Source: Planctomycetota bacterium (lineage in GTDB: Bacteria > Planctomycetota > UBA1135). From it: DNA of 64,000 nucleotides. The notes under the pieces were generated by a model. It was given only the letters and a program-made list of their open reading frames with translations, made no database searches and was not told the origin of the DNA. The position numbers were made by a program, and so were the translations under genes. Below, piece by piece: positions 8,691 through 16,613 of the stretch; the stretch's first letter is position 1; each line of letters starts with the position of its first letter. The stretch lies in the NCBI GenBank assembly GCA_045047305.1, contig JASFYO010000019.1:1-64000 (forward strand), written 5' to 3'.

Positions 8691-10604
8691 TTATTCCTTG
8701 AGCTTGCTTTCGAGCAAACGGGCGGCGATTCCCATGAGGATGTCTTCCGTGACCATGCCAACCAAGCGGTTGTTGGTGTCCACCACGGGCAGACAGGATA
8801 TCTTCTCGCGGCGCATCAATGCGATAGCGCTGAGCGTACGAGTGTCCGGAGTGACCCGGATTGGCTCTTTATCCATAACATCGGCCACGGGAACCTGAGT
8901 ATCCATTTCACTGCGGCTGAAGGCGAAGCGCATGAGCACCCGGTGAGTCAACAAGCCTATAAGATTGTGGTCGTCGTCCTCCACCGGGATGTGGCGCAGA
9001 TGCCACCAATCCATCATGTTCGCAGCAAGGTCCACTAACTCTGTTTCACGCACAGTAAAAAGATCTGTGCTCATCAGCGAAGAGATTCGCTCGTATTGGT
9101 CACGCCACGAAACGGAGGTCTCGCACACCTCGGCAAGCGGCCATTCATGCAGTGGCAATCCAGTCTCTTGGTTTTTGATAGTCGAGTTCACCAAGGCGGT
9201 TAGGGTTTCCTTAACGGTTGCGGTTTTGCGCATTTTAGATGCCGACATCAGCTGCCAGCGCGCACCCGTCCGCTCTGCCACCACCCGTTCGCGCACCACG
9301 TTGATGTAACGATCGATGTCTTCGTTATCTAAGTTCACGCTTTCTAGGCCGCGCCGTGCGATTGGGATGAGGATTGCGAGAATCAAATCATGGGTAGGGT
9401 AGGTGCGACCGTCGATCCAAGTGAGCTGCGCATCCAATCCCAAGCGCGCGGCGGCAAGGAGATTATTTTTGCAATCGTCAAAGTCCATCAATTCGCGTGG
9501 ATCACCGATTTCATTGGCAACTCCCTTCATCAGGCCGAGCCAGAAAGCGGAATTTGCGATTTCGTCGAGCACGGATGGACCGGCCGGAAGTAACCGGTTT
9601 TCAATGCGCAGGTGAGGCTTGCCATCGGAGATTCCATAACACGCACGGTTCCACCGATAAACGGTGCCGGTGTGCATGCGCAGGGCATCGAGTTTCGGCG
9701 CACGACCCGCAGCAAGGGCCTCGAATGGATCCTCGTATTCTTCGGCTCCAATTAAAGTGCGGAAGCGGGCGATGTCCTCCCGGTAAAGTTCAATCACCGA
9801 TTCCTTAACCCATGAAGCTCCAAAACTGACTCGGGGTTGCATATCGCGGTGCGCAACCTCAGTGCGCCGAGTGTCGACCGATTGCTGGAATAGAGCCAAT
9901 CGGGTTTCACGCCATAAACGCTTACTAAAAAGTAAGGGTGAGTTCACTGCGCAAGACATCACTGGTGCGGCGACGAGCTGTGCAATGTTGTAGTGCATCG
10001 GAAACTCGTCGGCAGGGATTTGCAAATGCACTTGATAGGAAGTGTTGCAAGCTTCCAACATGATGGTGTCGTGCGTGAGTCGCAGATCATCAATGCCTTT
10101 AATCCGCAGGCGAAAGGGTCCACCGCGCAATTTTGCCAATGCATCGTTGAGCGCAAAGTAACGCGGATTGGCAGTCATGTTATCGAGGGTCATGTCCTCG
10201 ATTTCAAGCGTCGGCAAAATACCGGTTAGTACGATGTCTCCTCCAGCGGCGCGCGCAGCTTCTCGCGCTTTCTGCACTAACTCATTGTTCTGCTTTTCTA
10301 GTCGACGCAAGCAGTCGCCTTGAAAATCTAATGGATCAAGATTGCACTCAAGATTGAACTGCGCAAGCTCCGGCGTGAAGTGAGGGTCGTCGAGGGCTTC
10401 CAATAAGCGTGCGCCTAGGTTTGCAGGGCGCATGCCTCGGTCGACCAAAAACATTTCTTGTTCGGCGCCAATGCGTTGACGGTCGGTCTCTAGGACTCCG
10501 TCCTTTACCATTTGTTCCAAAGCCTGAAGATCGCGCAACAGGGCTTTGGTGAAGTGGCGCAACTGGTTTTCGTCGCGGTAAGAAGTGACGTTGAATTCAC
10601 CCAT
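8691..10604 (-). CDS. Glutamate--cysteine ligase family (GCS2) carboxylate-amine ligase with C-terminal CBS pair
   Basis: IGAEQEMFLV, ELAQFNLECN, EACNTSYQVHLQ, NSPLL, HLRIENR; tandem CBS repeats in the last ~130 aa. Confidence 0.85.
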   Translation of the reverse strand: MGEFNVTSYRDENQLRHFTKALLRDLQALEQMVKDGVLETDRQRIGAEQEMFLVDRGMRPANLGARLLEALDDPHFTPELAQFNLECNLDPLDFQGDCLRRLEKQNNELVQKAREAARAAGGDIVLTGILPTLEIEDMTLDNMTANPRYFALNDALAKLRGGPFRLRIKGIDDLRLTHDTIMLEACNTSYQVHLQIPADEFPMHYNIAQLVAAPVMSCAVNSPLLFSKRLWRETRLALFQQSVDTRRTEVAHRDMQPRVSFGASWVKESVIELYREDIARFRTLIGAEEYEDPFEALAAGRAPKLDALRMHTGTVYRWNRACYGISDGKPHLRIENRLLPAGPSVLDEIANSAFWLGLMKGVANEIGDPRELMDFDDCKNNLLAAARLGLDAQLTWIDGRTYPTHDLILAILIPIARRGLESVNLDNEDIDRYINVVRERVVAERTGARWQLMSASKMRKTATVKETLTALVNSTIKNQETGLPLHEWPLAEVCETSVSWRDQYERISSLMSTDLFTVRETELVDLAANMMDWWHLRHIPVEDDDHNLIGLLTHRVLMRFAFSRSEMDTQVPVADVMDKEPIRVTPDTRTLSAIALMRREKISCLPVVDTNNRLVGMVTEDILMGIAARLLESKLKE

Positions 10605-10684
10605 TGCTTTCTATCCTAGCGCGAGGGAGGCGACAGAGGAAAGAATCAGGTGGAACAAGTTGTGGGAATCCATATACTGTGTAT

Positions 10685-11122
10685 GTGGCAAAGAAGATAC
10701 CTGATAGTCCTTCCCGTTCCGCTTATCTCAACATCGTGATCGCATGGGATCAGCTTCACGGTGACTTTGGAAAGTTATTTCGCGAGAACGGCCTCACTCC
10801 AACTGTATTTAACGCCATGCGGATTTTGGTGCAGGGCCCCAAAGAAGGAATGCGGATTGGAGAAGTTGGGGCTGGGTTGATTCAGCGCGTGCCAGACATC
10901 ACTCGCTTATTGGACCGCATGGAGCGGGATGGCTTTGTGTCGCGCATTCGTAATAAAGATGATCGTCGCGCAGTGACGGTACGGCTCACCCCCGAAGGGC
11001 GTCGTAAGTGTGAAAGTATGTACGCTTCGGTGACCAAGATGCACGCTTCTCAGTTGCAGCACATGACGGACCGCGAACTTTCTACTTTGGCGAAGTTGCT
11101 GGAGAAAGCGGCAGAGCGCTAG
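10685..11122 (+). CDS. MarR family transcriptional regulator
   Basis: GLTPTVFNAMRIL...PDITRLLDRMERDGFVSR..DRRAVTVRLTPEG; start GTG10685. Confidence 0.9.
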   Translation: MAKKIPDSPSRSAYLNIVIAWDQLHGDFGKLFRENGLTPTVFNAMRILVQGPKEGMRIGEVGAGLIQRVPDITRLLDRMERDGFVSRIRNKDDRRAVTVRLTPEGRRKCESMYASVTKMHASQLQHMTDRELSTLAKLLEKAAER

Positions 11123-11649
11123 GCCGTCGAGTCGTTTTGCTTTTTGCGTTTTCGGCGGCGCATGGAGCCTGGAAGCCACCATAAGTAAACGCCGCTTAGC
11201 CAGAGGAAGAGGACCACGATCCCAGCAGGCAAGAAGAGCCAGAGTTTGGCTTGCGCGTGGAACCACGAACCATCGTGAAGGCTTTCGATGAGGTCGGAGC
11301 GGCGCGAAGCGATTTGGAGGAGGTCGCCGCTGGAGCTGTCCACCTGAATCTCCATGCCGTTTGCGCATTGCACTTTGATCACGCCGCGAGACGGGCGTAC
11401 ATCCAGGCGCTCGACATCTTCCCAGCCGTCGACCTCGGCTTCAGGAACCGCGCTCAGTACGGCCAGAATCTGCTCAAACTCAATGCTTGGAACCGTGCCT
11501 ATGCCACTTTGTGTAGAAGGCTGGATCCAAGACCATTCCTTTTTCATCTGCAGTAACAGGCCGCTCACGATGACGACGAGGAATGGAAGGGCCACCACGA
11601 TTGCGCCAATGCGGTGCCAGCGCCGGGCAAGTCGAGGGAGAGCAGCCAT
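11119..11649 (-). CDS. PepSY-associated TM helix domain protein
   Basis: RRWHR...SGLLL, IESLHDGSW and LWLSGVYLW motifs. Confidence 0.8.
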   Translation of the reverse strand: MAALPRLARRWHRIGAIVVALPFLVVIVSGLLLQMKKEWSWIQPSTQSGIGTVPSIEFEQILAVLSAVPEAEVDGWEDVERLDVRPSRGVIKVQCANGMEIQVDSSSGDLLQIASRRSDLIESLHDGSWFHAQAKLWLFLPAGIVVLFLWLSGVYLWWLPGSMRRRKRKKQNDSTA

Positions 11650-11837
11650 GATGCGGAATGAGGCTAACCGCACCAACTCTGCGTGTCGATTCCAACCAAG
11701 GACGTCATCGGAGCGTCCTACCCTGGCTCAAAAGCAAAATCGAGAGAATCCCTACCCCGAAGGCAAGAAGCGCCGGTAAGGTCGCATAGGAACGTTAATC
11801 CCCCGATTGGCACCCCTAGTTCTCCAACGCTTTCTTT

Positions 11838-12464
11838 ATGAGTAAGCCCCCCGTAATCCCACCCCCCGAAACCCTCGGTTCGCGCCTTCAAGAAGAGTGG
11901 AGCGCGACTTTCAAGGCCTATCAAACTTACCTAAATGTTCCTGCGCGGCAAAGATTTGAGCACTTAGGAGCCCTTTTTGAGCATCTTTGTCCATGGATTG
12001 AGCGCGCGATTGCCGGCGTGACTATGCGCCATTTTATTCTTCTGCCCACGGAGATGGCGGTCGCAAGGTTGTTTGCAAAAACGTGTAGGCGGGAAAATTT
12101 GCCTCAATCCCACGTGATTTACCAAATTTGGGTGGAATCTTCCATCCTGCGCGATGTGGCGGATCCTGGGGATGAATTAGGGGCAACGAATGGCGCTGCC
12201 GGTGAGCCGGGAGCACGTCTTCAGCAGCGTTTTAATCGCCTTCCTTATGCGGACCGCGCTCTGCTTTACCTCTATATGGTTGAGCGCTGTAGCGTCCGTG
12301 AGGTGTCTGGCTACACCGGCATCCCTCAGGCCTATGCAATGGAGAATTTGGGCCGTATCTGGGAGCAAGTTCAAGGCGGATTGTCAGAACAGGACTTCCC
12401 CACTGGATGGAAGGCGCCTCTTTTGGGGGCTGACGGGTTGGTGCGCGAGGAGCGAAGTGACTAG
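11838..12464 (+). CDS. Degenerate ECF sigma-like protein (recognisable region 4, eroded region 2)
   Basis: FNRLPYADRALLYLYMVERCSVREVSGYTGIP matches the sigma70 region 4 pattern; the DAED motif is absent. Confidence 0.6.
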   Translation: MSKPPVIPPPETLGSRLQEEWSATFKAYQTYLNVPARQRFEHLGALFEHLCPWIERAIAGVTMRHFILLPTEMAVARLFAKTCRRENLPQSHVIYQIWVESSILRDVADPGDELGATNGAAGEPGARLQQRFNRLPYADRALLYLYMVERCSVREVSGYTGIPQAYAMENLGRIWEQVQGGLSEQDFPTGWKAPLLGADGLVREERSD

Positions 12465-12744
12465 ATTTTTTCAGAATAACACCGTTCTGAGCAGGTTTTT
12501 TCGAGTAAATTTAAGCCTACAGACATGGCAGAGAAATGCCCTCTCCAAGTCCCATAAACAACATGATTCAGTTGTGAGGAGTCGATACCAACAGCTTTTC
12601 CACAGGATTTCCACTAAAGACATCCTTGGCGCAGGAATTATAGTGCGCGAGCAGTCCTTTGTTCCGTTCTCAAGCCTGCGCAAATACTTGAAACTTAAGC
12701 CGTTACCGTCGTTCCCAGTTAATATAGCCATTAACTGAAGACCC

Positions 12745-13698
12745 ATGACCTTCGCCCCCCTAAAGACCGAACAACTCGAAAGCTTCGCCGAAAGGCTTCA
12801 GGCTTTCGCGGAGGAAATCGGTCATGAACGGCTCCTTGAATTCAGTCAGCGTCTCGGTGCCCTAAACACCCGGGAACGCGATCGCCTCTCTACCGAGTTA
12901 ATGGGTTGCTATGCCACCCAGGAATCGAACGAAGCTTTCGCCCTACTTTACGAACTGAATCAGGAAGGTGTGCTGCGTTTGATTTATCATCACTTGCGCC
13001 GCAGCTTCTTTGCCGTTGATGCACACGACATCCTCCAAGAAGTATTCTTCAATATCTATCGATACCCGAAGAACTTCGATTCCACCAAGCCGTCAGCTTT
13101 CCGCAATTGGACTCACTCCATTGTGCGAAACACGACCTTGAAGCACAGTCGAAAGGCGCAACGCAACCATGTGTTGTCTTTGACTGGTCCGGAACGCGAT
13201 GGCGATTCGGACATGCCTAACCTCGAGCCCGAAGACGTAGACGGGCGTACTCCTTTGCAGGAGACCCAAGCGCGGGAAACCAATGAAGAGCTCGTTGGTG
13301 CCTGGATGCTTTACCTTCACTTCTATCAAGAGGCGTATCGCTGCTTAACTCCTCGTGAGAAGCGCGCGCTTTACTTGGTGGAGGTCGACGGCCTTCCTTA
13401 CAAGGATGCTGCGGCAAAGTTGGAGGTGCGGGTTGAGAACTTAAAGATGCGCATCTTCCGTGCACGTCGTAAGATTTTCACCATTATGAAACGCAAGTTC
13501 GCTGCTGGCGAATCTGCGCATGATCTTGAATCCGTACGCAATAGTCGTGCGCAACGCGCCGACGCCGGCCGGGCAAATGTGGCAGATGCTCGCATGCATG
13601 CCCCGGTTCCGGCAGTCGAGAACTCGGCGCCAAAGAAAAACACGCGCTTCACTAGTTTGAAGCCGAAAGCAGAAGTTGAGTTGGAGGGCGGGGCATGA
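12745..13698 (+). CDS. ECF RNA polymerase sigma factor with N- and C-terminal extensions
   Basis: DAHDILQEVF, FRNWTHSIVRN (region 2); LTPREKRAL.L...GLPYKDAA..L......KMRIFRARRK (region 4). Confidence 0.9.
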   Translation: MTFAPLKTEQLESFAERLQAFAEEIGHERLLEFSQRLGALNTRERDRLSTELMGCYATQESNEAFALLYELNQEGVLRLIYHHLRRSFFAVDAHDILQEVFFNIYRYPKNFDSTKPSAFRNWTHSIVRNTTLKHSRKAQRNHVLSLTGPERDGDSDMPNLEPEDVDGRTPLQETQARETNEELVGAWMLYLHFYQEAYRCLTPREKRALYLVEVDGLPYKDAAAKLEVRVENLKMRIFRARRKIFTIMKRKFAAGESAHDLESVRNSRAQRADAGRANVADARMHAPVPAVENSAPKKNTRFTSLKPKAEVELEGGA

Positions 13699-14729
13699 GC
13701 TTCCATCATCCGGATTCCGATCACGGTGCTTACGCAGGCTTCCACGATGCTATCCGCAACGTGCATGCTTCGCCGCGCTTGATTTGTGCCGGATTCCAGC
13801 GTGAGCTTAGTGCTTTGCTGGATGGACAGGTGCCGGAGCGTCATGCGCGTCGCACCATGGCTCACCTTGAAGCTTGTACTGATTGTGGGGAATTTTTCCA
13901 TGCGATTCGTTTGCAAGCTCTTGCTCACCGAGACCTCGCTGTTCCTGGATCGCTGTCGCGCCGTTTGCGTCGGCTTCCTGGTAAGGATTTATTCCGCGGC
14001 CTAACTGATTCAGAAATCGTGCGCCGTTTGGCGACCACGCTTTATGAGTTGGGAAAAGCTTATGCGCTGGCTGGCACCGATGGCGAGTACCTCATGCGGA
14101 TTGCGGAAGAGCCGGTAGAAATTGATTCCTTTGAAAATGGGGAAGCCGCCGAGGCCGCAAAGATTGCGCAAGAAAGTGGCGCATGCGATTCTCGTTTCGC
14201 ACACCTTGTGGGCGAAACCGAATGTCATCTTGAGAAAGCCAGAGGTTTCCTTGAAGAGGCACTTAGCTTGAAGCCTAGATTCGCGGAAGCGCGCATCTAT
14301 CTAGGTTTTGTCTATCAGGCAGAAAAGAAACCAGACCAGGCTGAGGCCGAATTCTTGGAAGTTTTTCTGAATACGGATCGCTTGCTAAATCGTGCACATG
14401 CTGCGATTCAGCTAGGGATGATTCACGATCGCACGAAAAATCATTTGCGCGCGATTCGTTACTACCGATGGGTCGTATCTAGCGGCCTTTTGGAGCATCA
14501 GCCGGAATTCGCTTTCGTGCTGTACAACATTGCTGTCGAGCATCTTTCGCTTGATCAACCTAGAAAAGCCCTGCCGCTTTTGGGCTTAATCCGAAATGAG
14601 TATGGCGATTTATGGCCCATGGTCGTGGAGTGGCTTCTCGGTTCTCCGGAACTACTTGAAGCTCTCCAGGCAGACCAGGCTTGTCGTAATCATTTGGAAC
14701 AACTCGAACCGGCGTTTTTCGCCGCTTAA
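13695..14729 (+). CDS. Zinc-binding anti-sigma (zf-HC2) protein with TPR repeats, no TM helix
   Basis: LSALLDG...HLEACTDC (HxxxCxxC); TPR-like helices such as PRFAEARIYLGFVY; ATGA overlap with the ECF gene. Confidence 0.8.
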   Translation: MSFHHPDSDHGAYAGFHDAIRNVHASPRLICAGFQRELSALLDGQVPERHARRTMAHLEACTDCGEFFHAIRLQALAHRDLAVPGSLSRRLRRLPGKDLFRGLTDSEIVRRLATTLYELGKAYALAGTDGEYLMRIAEEPVEIDSFENGEAAEAAKIAQESGACDSRFAHLVGETECHLEKARGFLEEALSLKPRFAEARIYLGFVYQAEKKPDQAEAEFLEVFLNTDRLLNRAHAAIQLGMIHDRTKNHLRAIRYYRWVVSSGLLEHQPEFAFVLYNIAVEHLSLDQPRKALPLLGLIRNEYGDLWPMVVEWLLGSPELLEALQADQACRNHLEQLEPAFFAA

Positions 14730-15391
14730 TGAATACCATGAATTACAGGACTAACATCTTCCAGAATCAAAAGCCAGGTCGTCTGACTATGCTTCTGGGT
14801 GCATTGTCCATTCTGGCTATTTGCACCATGATGAGTGCACAACAGCCTGGAGATGATGGCACTAACACTGGCGACCATGGAGACAATCCGGTTGTCGGCA
14901 GCTTGCCGATTGAGGTCGACACAGAACTTGACCTGATGTTTGGCGAAGACACGCGAGTCGGAAGCGTTCACGCCACGGCTCCAATGCTTGCTTTGATTGG
15001 CGGTACTGACCTTGAGGAGTCCATCCTCGATGCATCGGGTTCTCCAAACGGCCGTGTCAATTCCGATTCACGGTTTACTATTCTTGGCCTGCGCAACAGC
15101 GGCACCATAGTTTTGGACCGGGACGATTTCCGCAACGAGAAGATAATTCTTTCTCAGTGGTTCTCTGGAGAATATTTCGGAGGGCGCTTGACCATGGCCT
15201 CGAATGTAGGCACTTTTAGTTCATCTATTGAGGGAGAAGCGAAGGTCATGCCGATGAAGTTTTTGGCAACTTCACTCGCTCCGTTTGTGGATGCCTTGAT
15301 TACTGCGGAAGGCGCAGGCATCATGAGTCCAACGACTACCATTCATGTTGTCATTGTTGGTGAAGTCGTAACCTTGACCTACCTGCCTTAA
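14729..15391 (+). CDS. Hypothetical exported protein
   Basis: Signal-peptide-like N-terminus; TAATG coupling to the anti-sigma gene. Confidence 0.6.
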   Translation: MNTMNYRTNIFQNQKPGRLTMLLGALSILAICTMMSAQQPGDDGTNTGDHGDNPVVGSLPIEVDTELDLMFGEDTRVGSVHATAPMLALIGGTDLEESILDASGSPNGRVNSDSRFTILGLRNSGTIVLDRDDFRNEKIILSQWFSGEYFGGRLTMASNVGTFSSSIEGEAKVMPMKFLATSLAPFVDALITAEGAGIMSPTTTIHVVIVGEVVTLTYLP

Positions 15392-15395
15392 ACTC

Positions 15396-16415
15396 ATGGA
15401 TCCGAAAATTGTGGTTCCACAGGGGGACCTCGGGGGCATTGCTCCCGAGGTCCTTCTTAATTCATTGGCCAGCGAAAAGCTGCGCTCCTCCTGCCACCCG
15501 GTAATCCTCGGGCACATTGGTGCTTTACGTACGATTGCGAAGAATCTTGGCATCGACATCGCGCTTGAGCCCGTCGCCACCGCCAAGGAGGGATTTGCTG
15601 TTTCGACAAGTGACGCGGTTCCGGTTCTGGAGCTGGAGAATGCTGTACCGAACGATCCTCCCGGTCGCCCTGCTGCAAGTTTTGGCATGGCCAGCGTGGA
15701 GGCAGTCTTGCGAGCGGCAAGCTTATGCCTCGAAGGTTCCGCCGACGCCATGGTGACTCCGCCAATCCATAAGGAGAGCGTGCACCTCGCAGGCTTCCCC
15801 TTTGAAGGTCAAACGCAAATGATTGGAGAGGCGTGTCGTTCTCGGCGCTATGGCATGCTTGCTTGCGCAGGCAACCTACAGGTGTTGGTCGCCACTAGGC
15901 ACATGTCCTTGCGTGACGCCCTTGAGCGCCTTGATCCACAGTTCGTTGCGAAGCAAATTCGTATCGCACATGAAGCGGCTAGAGAAACGCTCGGTATTGC
16001 ATCTCCTAGGGTTGTTCTTGCTGGCTTGAATCCTCACGCAAGTGAAGGCGGGGCCTTTGGCGATGAAGAGAGTAAAATTTTAGAACCTGCAATTGCGATG
16101 GCGCGACAAGAGTGGGGGTTTGAGACCGCCGGTCCGGCAGTCCCCGATGTCGTTTTTGCAGAAGGCGTACGCGGCGATTGGGATGTTGTGGTCGCGCTTT
16201 ATCACGATCAGGCATTTTTGCCGCTCAAAATGCTACCTAGAGAGTCTTCCTATACGGTTTTTGTTGGGGGCCCGGTTCTGCGCACTAGCCCTATGCATGG
16301 CGCGGCTTATGACATCGCCCGCTCGGGAACGGCCGATTTCCGACCTTTCTCCTTTGCGCTGGAGCAGGCAATTGTGCTTGCAGGGCGTCGAATTGCAGCA
16401 GCTCCTGTAGTTTAG
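15396..16415 (+). CDS. pdxA: 4-hydroxythreonine-4-phosphate dehydrogenase family (PdxA-like)
   Basis: GDLGGIAPE, VTPPIHKE, GLNPHASEGG.FG.EE, YHDQ and RTSP.HG.AYDIA motifs. Confidence 0.8.
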   Translation: MDPKIVVPQGDLGGIAPEVLLNSLASEKLRSSCHPVILGHIGALRTIAKNLGIDIALEPVATAKEGFAVSTSDAVPVLELENAVPNDPPGRPAASFGMASVEAVLRAASLCLEGSADAMVTPPIHKESVHLAGFPFEGQTQMIGEACRSRRYGMLACAGNLQVLVATRHMSLRDALERLDPQFVAKQIRIAHEAARETLGIASPRVVLAGLNPHASEGGAFGDEESKILEPAIAMARQEWGFETAGPAVPDVVFAEGVRGDWDVVVALYHDQAFLPLKMLPRESSYTVFVGGPVLRTSPMHGAAYDIARSGTADFRPFSFALEQAIVLAGRRIAAAPVV

Positions 16416-16613
16416 GCCTCGCATATTTTTTATTCCGGTTGCTTGGAGTAACCGATAAGAAACCTATGTCTACACAGGTTGTCAGTGGCTTCGTTTGTTA
16501 TGCGAGCGGGGTAACTCCCTTGGACTTAGTTTTCAATTCCGTTTTTCTTTACGGAAATCACCCAACGTAATTCAATGAATCCCCACATTCATAGACTATT
16601 TATGGAAGTCGCA

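Noticed and set aside
12596..12604. DnaA-box match TTTTCCACA in an AT-rich intergenic region
   Set aside because: Single box, no cluster and no dnaA/dnaN context; not an origin
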